A stretch of DNA of 32,120 nucleotides from a virus (IMGVR_UViG_2579778894_000022), one strand, 5' to 3'. Counted from the first letter of the stretch, positions 1 through 11,499 are shown. The notes: a model not told the origin generated them from the sequence alone. Program-made: numbers and translations.

Positions 1-570
1 CGCGCCGTTCTGGTTTTTCTGTAATGCGCCAGAAGCCTGATTTACCGTTTCCTGCAAACCGAGGTTTTGGATAAACAGCGGCTTATTGGGAATATCTGCT
101 CCGTTCCGGTCTTTTGCCAGACGGGCACTGGCATTATCCATCGCAATTTTCACCGCTTTTGCGGTGGCTGCCAGCGTTTCACTGGGGCTGTCAGTGGCAC
201 TGGTTAGCTGAACGAGTCCTTTTTTGTTCAGGCTGGCATCATAAATATCCAGATTTTCACGTGCTGTACGCTGTGCTGATGCCCCGGCAGTTTTAATTTC
301 GCTGAGGTTATTTTTTATCAGCAGTGCGTTATTGCTCATAATGGCTTTAATGGACAGTGCAAGCTGGTTTAATTTTGTTTTATCCGGTTGAATACCGGCT
401 TCTTCCAGCGTGTTTAATAACTCCGCCTGCACAATATTAAACCAGTCCATGCCGGGCCATGTGATAACATTATTCCCGTCACCTTCTGAAAACCAGCGAA
501 CGATAGCACTACGCTGGGCGGATACGGGCGGCATGACGGTTACGCCGCTGTCGTTATCAATATAAAACAT
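1..570 (-). CDS. S: Tail fibre protein S, N-terminal constant part (partial; 3' end runs off the window into the G segment)
   Basis: ATG at 570..568 overlapping the upstream stop (TAATG). The frame is open on the minus strand to position 1 (MFYIDNDSGVTVMPPVSAQRSAIVRWFSEGDGNN...). It follows the baseplate genes and contains the gix site. Not in the ORF track because no stop lies inside the window. Confidence 0.8.
   Translation of the reverse strand, partial: MFYIDNDSGVTVMPPVSAQRSAIVRWFSEGDGNNVITWPGMDWFNIVQAELLNTLEEAGIQPDKTKLNQLALSIKAIMSNNALLIKNNLSEIKTAGASAQRTARENLDIYDASLNKKGLVQLTSATDSPSETLAATAKAVKIAMDNASARLAKDRNGADIPNKPLFIQNLGLQETVNQASGALQKNQNGA
49..74. other. gix-like site-specific inversion site (Gin/Hin family crossover site) at the constant/variable junction of tail-fibre gene S
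   Basis: 26 bp TTCCTGCAAACC-GA-GGTTTTGGATAA: two imperfect inverted 12 bp half-sites around a central GA dinucleotide, matching the hix/gix family pattern as I recall it. It lies inside the S reading frame, as expected for the Mu G-segment boundary. Confidence 0.75.
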
Positions 571-1112
571 TAGTTATCTCCGTCATGGTAAACAAATTTA
601 TAAATCTGATGCGCGGGTTTATATTTCTCCAGTAAACATTCCAGCGCACCCGATTCATAAACACGTAACGGCGTCAGAACATTATCCAGCACCGTTGCGT
701 TGCGATAATTTTTAATACCGTAAATATTGACCTGCGTAACCCACTGGCCTTCTGTGGAATCCGTCAGCCTGACGGTAAAACCGTACTGCGCAGCCAGCCA
801 TTCATAAAAGCGCCGACTCAGATTGCCGGTCATACGCATTTTATTCGCGGCAGCCCGCTGGCGTTCGGACAGGGTGCCGTTTTCGCTTGTACAGTCCGGC
901 AACCCCAGAAATGATTCCCATTCACCCAGATACCAGCGGGATGTGGACGGGAAACGCTCCCGCAGCATTTGTCGCGCATCATCCGCCGCAGTGGCAATCA
1001 CGTCGCTGATGGCCTGCGCCAGCGCAGATAATTTGCTGTCGGGGCTTTTATTCCAGGCAAGCCCTGACGGCAGTAATTGCAGAAAGGCCGTCTGCCAGGG
1101 TGTTACAGCCAT
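570..1112 (-). CDS. Tail/baseplate-associated protein (Mu gene 48 position)
   Basis: 180 aa ORF between the baseplate J-like gene and the tail-fibre gene; stop/start overlap with S. Confidence 0.75.
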   Translation of the reverse strand: MAVTPWQTAFLQLLPSGLAWNKSPDSKLSALAQAISDVIATAADDARQMLRERFPSTSRWYLGEWESFLGLPDCTSENGTLSERQRAAANKMRMTGNLSRRFYEWLAAQYGFTVRLTDSTEGQWVTQVNIYGIKNYRNATVLDNVLTPLRVYESGALECLLEKYKPAHQIYKFVYHDGDN

Positions 1113-2185
1113 TCAATTGTCCCCGGTGTTAACAGTTCCGTATTCTCCGAACGCTGGATCTCTGTCGGGAAACGCACTTCAAAATCATCCAGACCGGTAA
1201 CACCTGCCACCGCACGGATAATACGGGAGGGGGCAAGTGCGCCGCCCGGCGTCACCTCATTAAAAAACATGGTATTAATGGCGTGGGTAATAGCCTGTTT
1301 CAGTTCGGCTGTCTTCGGTGATATATAAATCCGTGGATTTACCGGCTTTGCCTTTGGCGCAAATACAGTGACATTTACACCGTCAGGCTGTCCGACAATC
1401 AGACCGGTGATCGGGTCAGTATGACCGGCGATATAATCCGCCACGCGTTCCACGTCTGCCGGTTGTGGAAAAATATTGCTCCGGTTATCCATAACAAACG
1501 TCACCCCGACTGTGCCACCGCCTTTCCATGTCGGAAAACACCAGGCACGGGTAACGCCGCTGACTTCACGCGCCCAGCGAACATAATCAAACTGATTACC
1601 GCCGAACGGAGGATACTGGACACGATATTCCAGCCGTGACAGCAGCTCCGCTGCACTCTCAATATCAGCCCCACCGGAAAACCCTTTTACAGTGATGGCA
1701 TCGGAAACAACACAGGCAACCGGGGTGATCAACGTTAAAAGGGTATTCTCACCGGTATTTCCTGCTTCACCGGCAGCCAGTGCGGTAACGGTAATTTCCG
1801 TCGTTCCTGCACGGTCAATCACAATGGCATCAGCCAGGCTGTAAACCACACCATCAGCACGCTGCCAGCGTGTACCGGCAGGAATGGTGGTCGCTGCCGA
1901 TGTGGTGACAGTCAGCGGGCCGCTGGCGGCTGTCGCCTGTTTGCGGCGCACGCCCCAGAACCGGCAGTGCTCCAGCAACTCATCTTCATCTGCTGTCGAC
2001 GGGATAATCTGCCGTCCAACCCATGAAATATGCTCGTGACAACCGGCAGCAAGGCCCGCCTGAGCATAAGCAATGGCACTCAGCGTTTTTTCACGGGCCT
2101 GAGGCCAGCTACCCGGCAGGCGCTGTTCAATATTCTGTTCTGTACGGGCAATCAGCGATGATAATGTCGGTGGTGAATAAGCCAT
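1103..2185 (-). CDS. Baseplate J-like protein (Mu gene 47 position)
   Basis: 360 aa, in the baseplate cluster; size and position typical of the baseplate J family. Confidence 0.8.
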   Translation of the reverse strand: MAYSPPTLSSLIARTEQNIEQRLPGSWPQAREKTLSAIAYAQAGLAAGCHEHISWVGRQIIPSTADEDELLEHCRFWGVRRKQATAASGPLTVTTSAATTIPAGTRWQRADGVVYSLADAIVIDRAGTTEITVTALAAGEAGNTGENTLLTLITPVACVVSDAITVKGFSGGADIESAAELLSRLEYRVQYPPFGGNQFDYVRWAREVSGVTRAWCFPTWKGGGTVGVTFVMDNRSNIFPQPADVERVADYIAGHTDPITGLIVGQPDGVNVTVFAPKAKPVNPRIYISPKTAELKQAITHAINTMFFNEVTPGGALAPSRIIRAVAGVTGLDDFEVRFPTEIQRSENTELLTPGTIEWL

Positions 2186-2623
2186 TTAAACCCCGTTAAA
2201 TGCTGCTTTAAACTCATAAGGAATAACGGAACCATCCGGTAATGTCAGTGCAATGTAGAGGTATAACCAGCCCTGATGTAACTGTTCCGCTCTGACGTTA
2301 ATCGCACTTACCCGGCCCGCTGTTTTCAGCCATTCCAGCGCCTCTTCGGCATACCCTCTGGCGCGTTCCAGCGTATCCGGTGTGGCTTTTTCACGTGATA
2401 ACAGCCACAACCGCGAACCGATGGGGCGGTCGCGGTAACTGTCACCCCACCATCCACGGCGATCATCTGAACCATCCGGCAGCGTGTCAGAATCCAGCGC
2501 GCGCCGGTCTGTAAACAGGGAGATTGTCACATCGGTTGTCAGGCTGTCGTCGGTCAGCATATCAATGCCATCCTGTGCAATATCGCCGCGTCCGTTCGTC
2601 CAGATAATGGCTAAATCGGTCAT
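2186..2623 (-). CDS. Baseplate wedge protein (gp25/W-like, Mu gene 46 position)
   Basis: 145 aa acidic protein immediately downstream of the spike gene, tightly packed with its neighbours. Confidence 0.75.
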   Translation of the reverse strand: MTDLAIIWTNGRGDIAQDGIDMLTDDSLTTDVTISLFTDRRALDSDTLPDGSDDRRGWWGDSYRDRPIGSRLWLLSREKATPDTLERARGYAEEALEWLKTAGRVSAINVRAEQLHQGWLYLYIALTLPDGSVIPYEFKAAFNGV

Positions 2624-3213
2624 TGCATTGGCCCCGTGGTTCCGCCGCTGTCGCCACGGTGGATATGCTTATCCGTCGATTTGCCATTGATGATGGCATC
2701 CGGGGCAGTAATATTGCTGTCGAACTGGCTTTTACCTTTAACGCCCAGACCTTTCTGGATCTCAACGTCGCCGGTAAACGTGGTTCTGGGTGTGTCAACG
2801 GTCATACTTTCATCAGCGTAAACCTCAACCGTTTTACAGGTAATGATGCAGCGTCCGTCCTTTGTCAGCCTGATACGATGCCCCTCGTGGTGGTAAATGC
2901 CTGCATCACCCGGTTCAAGATTTGTCGGGCGGTAGCGGCGGTCTTCCACCACAACGGCAATCCCCTGATCACGTTGTGCGCCTACACAGGCAATCAGCGC
3001 CTCTGCTCCCGGCAGGGGAACGCTGAAATGCCCGTAATTTTGCAGGCGCTCCACTTCATCAGATTCCTCATCATCCAGCAGGCCGACCTGCAGGTTCTGA
3101 ACCTTTCGCCCGTCGTTAATCACGTTAACAACAGCGCGCGCAAGCATCAGGCGCACACGACGCATCAGCGGCGTCAGCAGGCGGTTCAGGGCGGAATCAT
3201 TTACTCTTTCCAC
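2620..3213 (-). CDS. Baseplate spike/assembly protein V-like (Mu gene 45 position)
   Basis: 197 aa; overlapping stop/start with neighbours; position between hub and wedge genes. Confidence 0.75.
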   Translation of the reverse strand: MERVNDSALNRLLTPLMRRVRLMLARAVVNVINDGRKVQNLQVGLLDDEESDEVERLQNYGHFSVPLPGAEALIACVGAQRDQGIAVVVEDRRYRPTNLEPGDAGIYHHEGHRIRLTKDGRCIITCKTVEVYADESMTVDTPRTTFTGDVEIQKGLGVKGKSQFDSNITAPDAIINGKSTDKHIHRGDSGGTTGPMQ

Positions 3214-4340
3214 GGCGGCGTTTTCTCCGGGTGTCTGCGATAATAATCTTCAACCAGCGCATCAATACCGCCGTTACTGTCGCCGCCTTTCCTGTTTTTA
3301 CGGTCGCTTTCAACCGGCACCAGAAAGCCTTCGCGTGGTGCAAGGCTGACGCGGGTTTTCAGCCCGTCCTGGTCATTCAGTATCAGGGTGACTTTGCTGA
3401 CCAGTAATTCCGTGGTTTTGATGGCATATTTCGAGGCATCAATAGTGACCAGCAGGTTCGGCATCCAGAGTTGCCCGTCCTTGCGAGTCCATCCGTCAAT
3501 TTCAGCCTCAAAGGTGATGGATTTTGCCAGTCTGCGGCGTTGCTCACGCAGGGCGCGGGCCTGTGCATCCTTCGCCGTAATTTTGCTGTCAGCAATGATG
3601 ATCATCGGTCTGTAACGGGTTACATCACTGTCAGTGGCGGTCCCTTTCCGGGAGACGATACTTTTCGCATCAATATCATCACCCTCAGCACCGTTTGCGC
3701 GGGCATACCCCTTGACGGTGTATTCGCTGAACCGGTCGCGGAAGTCTTCCTCAAAATCCAGTGTCAGCAGATTTTCTCCGAGAACCAGCTCATCAGTGGC
3801 TGTGCTGGCAGCCCGGCTGAATACCAGCTCTCCTGCGGCATTGCTGGTCATCAGTACACCGCGTGCGCGGGAGGCACGCACCAGCGCCTCATAAACGGTT
3901 TCTGAATGGTCCAGCGTGAAGCCGGGAAAAGCTGCCGAACTTTCCTTATCGGAAAGCTCCCAGCGAACGGTAACGCCATAAGGAGCGCACAGGTCACGCG
4001 CAATCTGCTCCAGTGTGCGGTTTTTCCACTGTCCGCCACTGTAAACGGCAGCACAGTCAATCAGGTCAGCCGTTTTGTCACGTCCGGCGATAGTGATTTT
4101 CATGCTGTCAGCGGTCATCTGGCGTCGCCGCGAATCGATATAACCGGTGCAGACAATCTGCCCGTCGATTTCCAGCGTGAACGCCTTCCCCGGTGCCAGC
4201 CCGGATAAATCTGTACCCGGTGGCACATTCACCCCCAGCTCAAAATATCCGGCTACGGATTCAATGGAGCGGGTGACAGAGACTGACGTCCAGCCGGTAA
4301 AAAGCCTGCCATCCGTTCGCAGCGTGACGGTATTACTCAT
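3201..4340 (-). CDS. Baseplate hub / tail protein (Mu gene 44 position, P/late-control-D-like family)
   Basis: 379 aa ORF in the conserved myovirus tail order after the tape measure and circularization genes. Confidence 0.75.
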   Translation of the reverse strand: MSNTVTLRTDGRLFTGWTSVSVTRSIESVAGYFELGVNVPPGTDLSGLAPGKAFTLEIDGQIVCTGYIDSRRRQMTADSMKITIAGRDKTADLIDCAAVYSGGQWKNRTLEQIARDLCAPYGVTVRWELSDKESSAAFPGFTLDHSETVYEALVRASRARGVLMTSNAAGELVFSRAASTATDELVLGENLLTLDFEEDFRDRFSEYTVKGYARANGAEGDDIDAKSIVSRKGTATDSDVTRYRPMIIIADSKITAKDAQARALREQRRRLAKSITFEAEIDGWTRKDGQLWMPNLLVTIDASKYAIKTTELLVSKVTLILNDQDGLKTRVSLAPREGFLVPVESDRKNRKGGDSNGGIDALVEDYYRRHPEKTPPWKE

Positions 4341-5820
4341 TAATCACCTCAATACTGACACCACCGGGAACAAACAACGGGTTGCTGATACCGTTCCTGC
4401 GGGCCAGCCGTTGCCAGTTCCGGCTGTTTCCTGTGTAACGGTACAGAGCCACCATTGCAGGCATCGTCTCCGGCAGGCGGTGCGTTTCACTGCCTGCCAG
4501 TTGCAGCCCGCGTTTTTCCAGGTCGGCAACAACCAGCAGACGCAGTTGCGTAAGCTGAACGCTGTCTGTCGAAAAGCCCTGCTCAGATGCCGTCAGAATG
4601 ACGGTATCCAGCGCTGCCCCCAGCATGGCGGCTGTTTTTCCGATATCGGACACACTTTCAAATACCGGGGGCGTGGCTGTACCACTGTCTGAAAAGGATA
4701 CCTGTGAAAAGCCGCCGTCCGGGGTTATGGCAGTTAACTGTAACTGTCCCTGTGTGACGGTAGCGGATGTGCTGCTGGCCCCGCTGGCTGTGCCGGTTGT
4801 GGTGGACGGGGCATCCAGTACAGGTGCACGGGCGGCATTATCCATCCGGCGACTGAAATCCAGTGCCGCAGTCAGTGCCTGGCTTGCTGCCTCCGCCCGG
4901 TATGTCTGTGCTGCTGCCAGCATGACGTAGTTCAGTGTGGCAATATTTTTTTCTGCAACCGGACTGTTGTACGAGGTTGTGATTGTCCCCTGTCTGCCTG
5001 CGGTGGCGGCATGGCGACGTTCGAATCGCTGCGCCAGACGGTTCCATGTGGAAAATGCTGTCCGGGTATCGCATAACGATGAAACGCCGGACAGCGCCCC
5101 CATCAGCGAGGAGGCCAGCATGGCAGGCTGGTTAATCAGGCTGGTCACAGAGCCTTTCATCGCAGAAAGCGATCCCATCAGACCGCTGACAGTCTGCGTA
5201 ACCCCCAGATTGTCCACCGCATCACTGATATCATCGATGACACCGGTTACAGCTTCCATCACGGCGGTTGCCGCCGCAGTGCCATCTTTTACGGTCTGCC
5301 AGACAGAGGACAGCGTATCTCCCAGAGAACCGGTTACAGCAACGGCCTGTGCCGGTACGGCTGCACTGGTGTCTGTCTCTGAGTCCGGGGCAGTATCCTG
5401 CAACGACGGATAAACGGTAACGGTGAACGCGTAATAATTCAGTTCATCCGCTTTAGTGCGGCATTCCCATGAATCCACCATGACGTCCACAGTGCCGAAA
5501 TCAGGATGTACCAGCTCACCGCTACCCGGAGCATCAAGAGCATCCATCAGCGCACCCGCTTCATCTCTGGCTGTTTCTGCGTTGCTGTTCAGAATGCAGG
5601 CGCTGAATGTACGGGAGCGAAGCTTTTTCCCCAGGTCATTGACGCCGCCGGTATCACGTAACGGGTACTCGCGTTTAACCAGGCGACGTCCGCCAGCCTG
5701 TTTTTGCTCCTCGATGACGAGAAACGGCACGTTACGAAACGTGCCTTTGCCGGTTGTTTTCTTACCACCGCTGATTTTATCCCGGACAGCATTAACGGCA
5801 TTTAAAGCATCTTCAAACAT
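4333..5820 (-). CDS. DNA circularization protein family (Mu gene 43 position)
   Basis: 495 aa; N-terminus [19 protein letters not shown]...; Ala/Thr/Ser-rich central region; directly follows the tape measure gene. Confidence 0.75.
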   Translation of the reverse strand: MFEDALNAVNAVRDKISGGKKTTGKGTFRNVPFLVIEEQKQAGGRRLVKREYPLRDTGGVNDLGKKLRSRTFSACILNSNAETARDEAGALMDALDAPGSGELVHPDFGTVDVMVDSWECRTKADELNYYAFTVTVYPSLQDTAPDSETDTSAAVPAQAVAVTGSLGDTLSSVWQTVKDGTAAATAVMEAVTGVIDDISDAVDNLGVTQTVSGLMGSLSAMKGSVTSLINQPAMLASSLMGALSGVSSLCDTRTAFSTWNRLAQRFERRHAATAGRQGTITTSYNSPVAEKNIATLNYVMLAAAQTYRAEAASQALTAALDFSRRMDNAARAPVLDAPSTTTGTASGASSTSATVTQGQLQLTAITPDGGFSQVSFSDSGTATPPVFESVSDIGKTAAMLGAALDTVILTASEQGFSTDSVQLTQLRLLVVADLEKRGLQLAGSETHRLPETMPAMVALYRYTGNSRNWQRLARRNGISNPLFVPGGVSIEVINE

Positions 5821-5824
5821 GGTT

Positions 5825-7897
5825 TTACCAGCCTGTAATGTAGTTATCGCCCGCGTAAATATTCAGCCCCATACCGTCCTCGGTGACGCGGGAACTGGTC
5901 AGACGTAACCCCTCGGCAAGTTCGACGCGCAGCGAGGCTTCCGCATTCACTTTTTGTTCCTGCGGTTCCTTATCCGGGGCCGTCCATTTCTGATACAGGT
6001 CGGTTACAAAACCGCCCAGATACTCCCCGGCGACACTGCCCAGCGTGGCACCGGCAACCGTACCCAGCGGTCCGGCAAGGCTGCCAACGGCACCGCCGAG
6101 CCATGCACCGGCTGTACTGCCAATTGCGCCTGCTTTTTCATGGGTTGACGCCTGCTCATCCATCAGGACGGGGGCAAGCTGGAGTGCCCCCATTACCGGG
6201 CCACCCAGACGTGACAACGCACGACCGGCACCTTTCCCCATCCAGCCCAGCGCCCCGGCACCTTTTGTCACAACCCGACCGATCGCACTGCCTGCAAGTT
6301 TGTTTCCGATACCGGAAAACCACCCGCCAACAGCACGCCCGGCATCAGCCAGCTTTCCGACCGTTCCCGTAACCAGTTGCCCGGCAGCACTGCCTGCAAG
6401 CCTGCTCAGAAGACCGGATTTACCGGGTAAAGGTAATGGTGCAGGCCGTGCTGTTACCGGTACGCCGGGTGGGGGTAATGCCAGTACAGGGCGTGGTGCA
6501 GGTAATGCCAGCGGCTGTGGCCCGGACAGCAATAACGGCTGGCGGGGTAACAGCGGGGCCATTCTTCCGCCGCTCCGTCCGCGACGACCGCCGCCACTCC
6601 CGTAGCCACCAAATCCACGGGGCCAGTTGATGACAAACACACGCTGAATGCCGATACCCTGCAACAGCGTCTCAGACGTCATGGCATCCGGGACCGGCAG
6701 ACCTGCCTGCCCACGTTTGCGGTTTCGCATCCAGCGCCACATACGACGCCCGGTTTTAAACGGATAACTGGCAACCTGCCATGAGGGTTTTGCCACGGCC
6801 CAGCCTGCTCTCAGGGCTTTATTGGCAAGCCAGACAGACACCAGAACAGCAGCCAGTTTTTTCAGGCTGACAATATTCTGGTCAACCCATGCCAGCGCAT
6901 CTTTACCCGGTTTCAGCCAGCGCCATAATTCCTGCGCCGCGATTTTTACCGTTCTGAACGTGGTCAGAAATTTCTGACCAATGTTTTCTGCCAGTGCGTC
7001 AAGTTCCCCGGATTTATCCGCCATGTCGTGCCAGTTAAGCACCCGGCGCATCTCGTTCTTGATTTCTTCAAAGGGGCCGCTGTTTGCCACCTTTATGCGA
7101 AATTCAAGCAGGTTAGCTTCCATCTGGGCGAACATCCCGTCCCAGGAGTTCATCGCACTGGCCTGTGCACCTTTTGACTGTTCTGACAGCGTTCTGAATA
7201 CCGTCAGAATGGATTTCAGACCCAGCTTGCCTTTTTCACCTTGTTTGCGGATATCCTTAACGTCTTTACCCAGTGCATCCGCCAGCGTCTGGTAAACGTT
7301 AATACCGTAACCGGTCAGCAGGTTGGCATCCGCCGCCGTGATTTGCTGGCGGGCAAACATCTGTTTCAGTTGCAGTGAGGCACCCTGTGCAGTGGGTAAA
7401 TCCCAGCCGTGCATGGCCCCCTGATCCTGCAACATGGTGATGAACTGTTTCGTCTGTTCATCCGTCATGCCGAAGCCTTTCGACGAACGGATCTCATCCA
7501 GAACACCACTCAGCCCCCACGTGGTGTCCTTCGCGTTCTGCTTTGCCCAGGCCATCATGGCCTGCGCTCTGACCTTATCGCCGTGATACAGCGAGTTCAT
7601 GGCGATAATTTGCTGCTCACGCTGGGCGGCTGCACCAATAAACAGTTTATTGGCGGTGTAACCCACACCAGCGATACCCAGCGCCCCGGCTGACAGCATT
7701 CGGAATGTACGGGTTGACAGTGAACCCATTCTGTCAATGGCACCAGAAACGCGCACAACCTCCATACGCAGGGCACGAAGGGAACTTTGTCCGCTACGGG
7801 ACAGGGCGTTTATCTGGTTCGAATACTGGCGGGAACGCCGGGAAAGATTGCCATTAAGATCAATAATGACAGACGCCTTTAAGCGTTTCCCGGTCAT
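5825..7897 (-). CDS. Tail tape measure protein
   Basis: 690 aa, the longest tail ORF. It has a helical N-terminal half and a Gly/Pro/Ala-rich low-complexity C-terminal half, and sits downstream of the sheath, tube and chaperone genes. Confidence 0.85.
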   Translation of the reverse strand: MTGKRLKASVIIDLNGNLSRRSRQYSNQINALSRSGQSSLRALRMEVVRVSGAIDRMGSLSTRTFRMLSAGALGIAGVGYTANKLFIGAAAQREQQIIAMNSLYHGDKVRAQAMMAWAKQNAKDTTWGLSGVLDEIRSSKGFGMTDEQTKQFITMLQDQGAMHGWDLPTAQGASLQLKQMFARQQITAADANLLTGYGINVYQTLADALGKDVKDIRKQGEKGKLGLKSILTVFRTLSEQSKGAQASAMNSWDGMFAQMEANLLEFRIKVANSGPFEEIKNEMRRVLNWHDMADKSGELDALAENIGQKFLTTFRTVKIAAQELWRWLKPGKDALAWVDQNIVSLKKLAAVLVSVWLANKALRAGWAVAKPSWQVASYPFKTGRRMWRWMRNRKRGQAGLPVPDAMTSETLLQGIGIQRVFVINWPRGFGGYGSGGGRRGRSGGRMAPLLPRQPLLLSGPQPLALPAPRPVLALPPPGVPVTARPAPLPLPGKSGLLSRLAGSAAGQLVTGTVGKLADAGRAVGGWFSGIGNKLAGSAIGRVVTKGAGALGWMGKGAGRALSRLGGPVMGALQLAPVLMDEQASTHEKAGAIGSTAGAWLGGAVGSLAGPLGTVAGATLGSVAGEYLGGFVTDLYQKWTAPDKEPQEQKVNAEASLRVELAEGLRLTSSRVTEDGMGLNIYAGDNYITGW

Positions 7898-8041
7898 AGA
7901 GATTTCCTGATTTAACGGTGATATTGAGAGAGGGTTTTAGCCTGCTGGCAGTGCCGGAAAAAGCGGGACAGCGGGAGGGATAAGGCCCATTCCGGGCCAC
8001 TTTTCAGAATAACGCCAATCGCTGTCGCCGCTTTCTCAATA

Positions 8042-8476
8042 TCATTCCGGCACCGCAGCCACTCGCCCCCGTTCTTGTGTCAGCGATGCCGCCACAGCCA
8101 TGTCGTACATTTCTGTAGCCAGCGACAGACGCTGGAAGTCATCAACAGACAGCTTGCGCATCAGCGCCAGCGATAACGGGCCTTTGATGCAACCCACGCT
8201 GGCAATCTGTCGGCGCAGCATTTCCAGTCCCATCCGGGACGGGGAACTGACCAGCACCGGGCCTTCCTTGCTCATTACCAGCTTTTCAGCAGCCGCCTGG
8301 GCATCAATCAGATCGCCTGCGGTCAGTTCACGCAGCGTCACGTCATACTGCATTTCAGTCTCGTCACCGGTGCCGAACGGCAGGCCGTCTTTCAGTTTCA
8401 GCACGCCGGACTGAATTTCTGCCACAATGCTGTCATGCAGTTCCTGTGCTTCAGGACCTAAATTCATTTCGTCCAT
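8042..8476 (-). CDS. Tail assembly chaperone-like acidic protein (Mu gene 41 position)
   Basis: 144 aa, strongly acidic, located between the tube and tape measure genes, which is the canonical chaperone position. Confidence 0.65.
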   Translation of the reverse strand: MDEMNLGPEAQELHDSIVAEIQSGVLKLKDGLPFGTGDETEMQYDVTLRELTAGDLIDAQAAAEKLVMSKEGPVLVSSPSRMGLEMLRRQIASVGCIKGPLSLALMRKLSVDDFQRLSLATEMYDMAVAASLTQERGRVAAVPE

Positions 8477-8485
8477 TGTTTCCCC

Positions 8486-8842
8486 TTATGCAATGCGTTT
8501 GCTTTGTTTTGCCATCAGTACCAGCGAAATTTCGCCGCCGTCGTTTTTCGGTTCATCTGCCTGCCAGGCATTCGCCATCATCCAGGTTTCACCGGTGTCT
8601 GCCTGAAACTCTGCCGTGATGTTTTCCCAGCCGATGATTTCATCCAGACCGATATCACCACCGCCCGGAATTTTGCATTCCAGCTTTGCGGCACGTGGTT
8701 TACCTTTCCAGCCATAAACCCGCGAGCCGGTCACTTCTTCACGGGTGATACCGGAAGGCGTGAAGGAGGCACCTTCCATCGTTTCAAGCTCCATGCCATT
8801 GACACGGATGAACGCCACCCCCTGACGCTGATTTCCAGCCAT
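8486..8842 (-). CDS. M: Tail tube protein
   Basis: 118 aa ORF immediately downstream of the sheath gene, the conserved myovirus sheath-tube pair. Confidence 0.8.
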   Translation of the reverse strand: MAGNQRQGVAFIRVNGMELETMEGASFTPSGITREEVTGSRVYGWKGKPRAAKLECKIPGGGDIGLDEIIGWENITAEFQADTGETWMMANAWQADEPKNDGGEISLVLMAKQSKRIA

Positions 8843-8851
8843 AAATGCTCC

Positions 8852-10339
8852 TTACAGAATGAACTGAACTTGTGCCGCGAAAATGCGGAACTGGTTAATC
8901 AGATTCGGGCCGCAAAGCACATCAAGACGGTCTTTGTCGTCCTTGTTACGTGCCACATACAGCTCCTCTTTGAACGTGTCGAAATCCTCGACCAGTCCGG
9001 CGTTTTCCCATTCTTCAAACAGTGCCAGCAGCTCCGTTTTGATCACGGATGGCGTCACCACGGCCTGACCGGTGGCAAAGCGGGTGCCATCACTTGCCAG
9101 CTTGTAGTTCGGGAATTTCTGCGTGATGCGGGTTCGCAGTGAATAACGCAGATAACTCAGCGTGGCGATGGTATTCACGTTCAGATAAGACGGATCACTG
9201 TCACCGTACTTGTTTGTGCGGTACATCGTGATCATGCGTTCAATCTGCATTTCACCACCATCATTCACGTTAAACGTGGAGATGCCGTCAAACAGCAGCG
9301 CATTACGTTCTGACCAGGTGAAACGATCCCCCACCGCAGGCGGCATTCTTCCGGGCAACGTCAGCGTCTGGAGAGGACGCGCCGGGTCGATGGAAAGCGC
9401 CTGGCTGGCAACGGCACACAGTGTGGCGGCGTACAGATATGACGGTTCCGGTGCACCGGCAATCCCCATACAGGAGATCAGATGATCATTACGACTGACA
9501 CCAAACGTGGAAATATCCCCATACGTGCCGGACAGCACTGTCACAGCAAAGCCATCAGCCTGATTGACCGGTCCCCAGCGTTCCTGCAATTCAGTGCGTA
9601 ACAGATTCAGGTTCGGTTCATCGGTATAGGGCATCACAATATATTTGTATTGCAGATCGCCCATTCCCGCGATACTTGCGCTGATATCCGGGTTGCCATT
9701 TTTACCGGAGGCGGCTTTGAATGCCGTGATAATCCCGTAAGGGGTGGTTTCACCCGCGTAATAGTTCCAGCGCACATCCACGGCAGATAATGCACCCGTA
9801 AATTTTGCACTCAGAACCACATCTGCATGGGTGTCATCATCTCCGCTGTCTGCGCGAACTTCTGCCGTCACCGGTAAATCCGGCTGGCCTTTGATTCGGG
9901 CAACCAGCAGGTCAGCCAGCGCAGCCCCTTTTGTACCTGCTGCGACGGATACCGCCAGTCGCTGACCGGCAATATAGGTCACAAGCGAGCCGTTTTCGCC
10001 TGCCGTTCCTGACAGTGAGATTTCACCGACAGCAGCATTACCGGTGCCGTTTCCCTGCGGGATACACCACAGCTCCGCCACGCGGTTAGCGTTCAGGAAT
10101 GCATCTGCCATCAGTGCCAGCATGGAACCCTGACCAAACGCCGCACTGGCCTGTGAGCCGGAACGGATACGGACAGGCACGTTCGGTGCGGCACTGGCTT
10201 TACTTCCGCTTTGCCCGAACATCAGCACGCGCTGGCGGGGAGCCGGTGTTCCGCTGACGGCATTGCTGTTATCAAATTCGATATACGTCAGAGGAACGCG
10301 AACATCTGACGGGATCGCGTTAAATGAAATATCGCTCAT
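8852..10339 (-). CDS. L: Contractile tail sheath protein
   Basis: 495 aa, followed by a 118 aa tube gene; size and context typical of sheath proteins. Confidence 0.85.
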   Translation of the reverse strand: MSDISFNAIPSDVRVPLTYIEFDNSNAVSGTPAPRQRVLMFGQSGSKASAAPNVPVRIRSGSQASAAFGQGSMLALMADAFLNANRVAELWCIPQGNGTGNAAVGEISLSGTAGENGSLVTYIAGQRLAVSVAAGTKGAALADLLVARIKGQPDLPVTAEVRADSGDDDTHADVVLSAKFTGALSAVDVRWNYYAGETTPYGIITAFKAASGKNGNPDISASIAGMGDLQYKYIVMPYTDEPNLNLLRTELQERWGPVNQADGFAVTVLSGTYGDISTFGVSRNDHLISCMGIAGAPEPSYLYAATLCAVASQALSIDPARPLQTLTLPGRMPPAVGDRFTWSERNALLFDGISTFNVNDGGEMQIERMITMYRTNKYGDSDPSYLNVNTIATLSYLRYSLRTRITQKFPNYKLASDGTRFATGQAVVTPSVIKTELLALFEEWENAGLVEDFDTFKEELYVARNKDDKDRLDVLCGPNLINQFRIFAAQVQFIL

Positions 10340-10542
10340 TTCGATTTACTCCGTTTTTTCGGCGCAGCGTCGGTATCATCCGCCGTGTTTTCGGTGCTCC
10401 CGACTTCAACCACATCACCGGCTGCAAGGCGACGTATCCAGAAACTGTTACGGGGCTTTTCTTCTCCCTCCGGAGCCAGTAATTTCATCGTGAGCGGGTC
10501 ACGGATGGCTTTTCCCGCTGCGGGTTTAATTTTCAGCATCAT
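10336..10542 (-). CDS. Small virion-module protein (Mu gene 38 position)
   Basis: 68 aa ORF with stop/start overlap to neighbours, Lys-rich C-terminus. Confidence 0.55.
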   Translation of the reverse strand: MMLKIKPAAGKAIRDPLTMKLLAPEGEEKPRNSFWIRRLAAGDVVEVGSTENTADDTDAAPKKRSKSK

Positions 10543-11074
10543 GATCCTTTTCCTGATTCACATTGATATGTGCGGCAAATTCCGGGGTTTCGTCCGGGAA
10601 TTTCCAGGTCTGCCAGTGACGCTCGTAATCATCCAGCGAATCCATGTCCACCACGGACGGCAGCGGGGTAGTGCCACTGAACAGAACGCCGTAAAGCACC
10701 ACACCGGCATTAATACGGTTGTCGTCACAAAGATTTCTGACCTGCGTCAGTCTCATCCCGGTGGTCGGGCCAAACGTCTGACCGTTAACACCGGCAATCA
10801 GTCGCTCCACAATCTGATAAATACCGGGCCGGTTTACCGGTTCCCCGTTCAGCAACTCCGCCACGACAAAAAATGCCCAGCGACTTTCAACTTCCCGACG
10901 CGTACGCCCCTCACCACAGCCCATCCATGCCAGAAATACCGATGGAGGGGCCAGAAAGAGACGGTGCACATCCTCGTTAGTCCATGTGCCGGTAAGGGGT
11001 TCCACCTGCCGCAGGGTTGCCCCAAACAACTCACGAACGCGCGCCAGCAGTGCGGCTTCGGTTTCTTCCAGCAT
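10526..11074 (-). CDS. Head-tail joining / tail completion protein (Mu gene 37 position)
   Basis: 182 aa ORF between the connector-like gene and the sheath. Confidence 0.65.
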   Translation of the reverse strand: MLEETEAALLARVRELFGATLRQVEPLTGTWTNEDVHRLFLAPPSVFLAWMGCGEGRTRREVESRWAFFVVAELLNGEPVNRPGIYQIVERLIAGVNGQTFGPTTGMRLTQVRNLCDDNRINAGVVLYGVLFSGTTPLPSVVDMDSLDDYERHWQTWKFPDETPEFAAHINVNQEKDHDAEN

Positions 11075-11499
11075 CAGATAAACCCCTTCTGTTTTCGTGA
11101 GAAGACCGGCGCGTCAGACTGCACCTGCACAAGGTTTTCACCATCCGGCGAGGCTGCCGTCCTGCTTTCCACGCCGGGATCTGTTTTGCCATCGCGCACC
11201 TGTTCCAGCCAGCGCACTGTGTCCCTGTAGGCAGCGGTGATCTGCTCGGTGGGTTGTGATTCATTCAGATAAAACCAGGCCACCACGCAACACTGCCGTT
11301 TCAGCAGTGAGGGGACGACGGTAAGCGGCAGAACAAAGCGCGCGGCGAGATAGCCATCAATAAAGGCCGAAGCATCTGCCAGTGCCTGTTCTGCCACGGC
11401 ATCATCCGGCTGCCCGTCCGCTGTTTTAGGGCGGGTGAGAATATCCAGCCGCGTACGTGTATAGCGGGCGCACAGGTCATTTACCGTCGCGTAATTCAT
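11074..11499 (-). CDS. Head-tail connector/neck protein (Mu gene 36 position)
   Basis: 141 aa; start overlaps the upstream stop. Confidence 0.65.
   Translation of the reverse strand: MNYATVNDLCARYTRTRLDILTRPKTADGQPDDAVAEQALADASAFIDGYLAARFVLPLTVVPSLLKRQCCVVAWFYLNESQPTEQITAAYRDTVRWLEQVRDGKTDPGVESRTAASPDGENLVQVQSDAPVFSRKQKGFI

Noticed and set aside
2623-6605. Plus-strand ORFs 2623..3243, 3471..3905, 4147..4692, 4937..5413, 5456..5908 and 6045..6605 (Pro/Ala/Arg-rich translations)
   Set aside because: Antisense to baseplate and tape measure genes; the Pro/Arg-rich translations are the mirror of Gly/Ala-rich coding sequence. No start or RBS context.
6400-6650. Pro/Leu/Ala-rich repetitive stretch in the tape measure C-terminal half as a possible separate collagen-like or repeat-protein gene
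   Set aside because: It is in frame and continuous with the tape measure ORF; such low-complexity linkers are normal in tape measure proteins.
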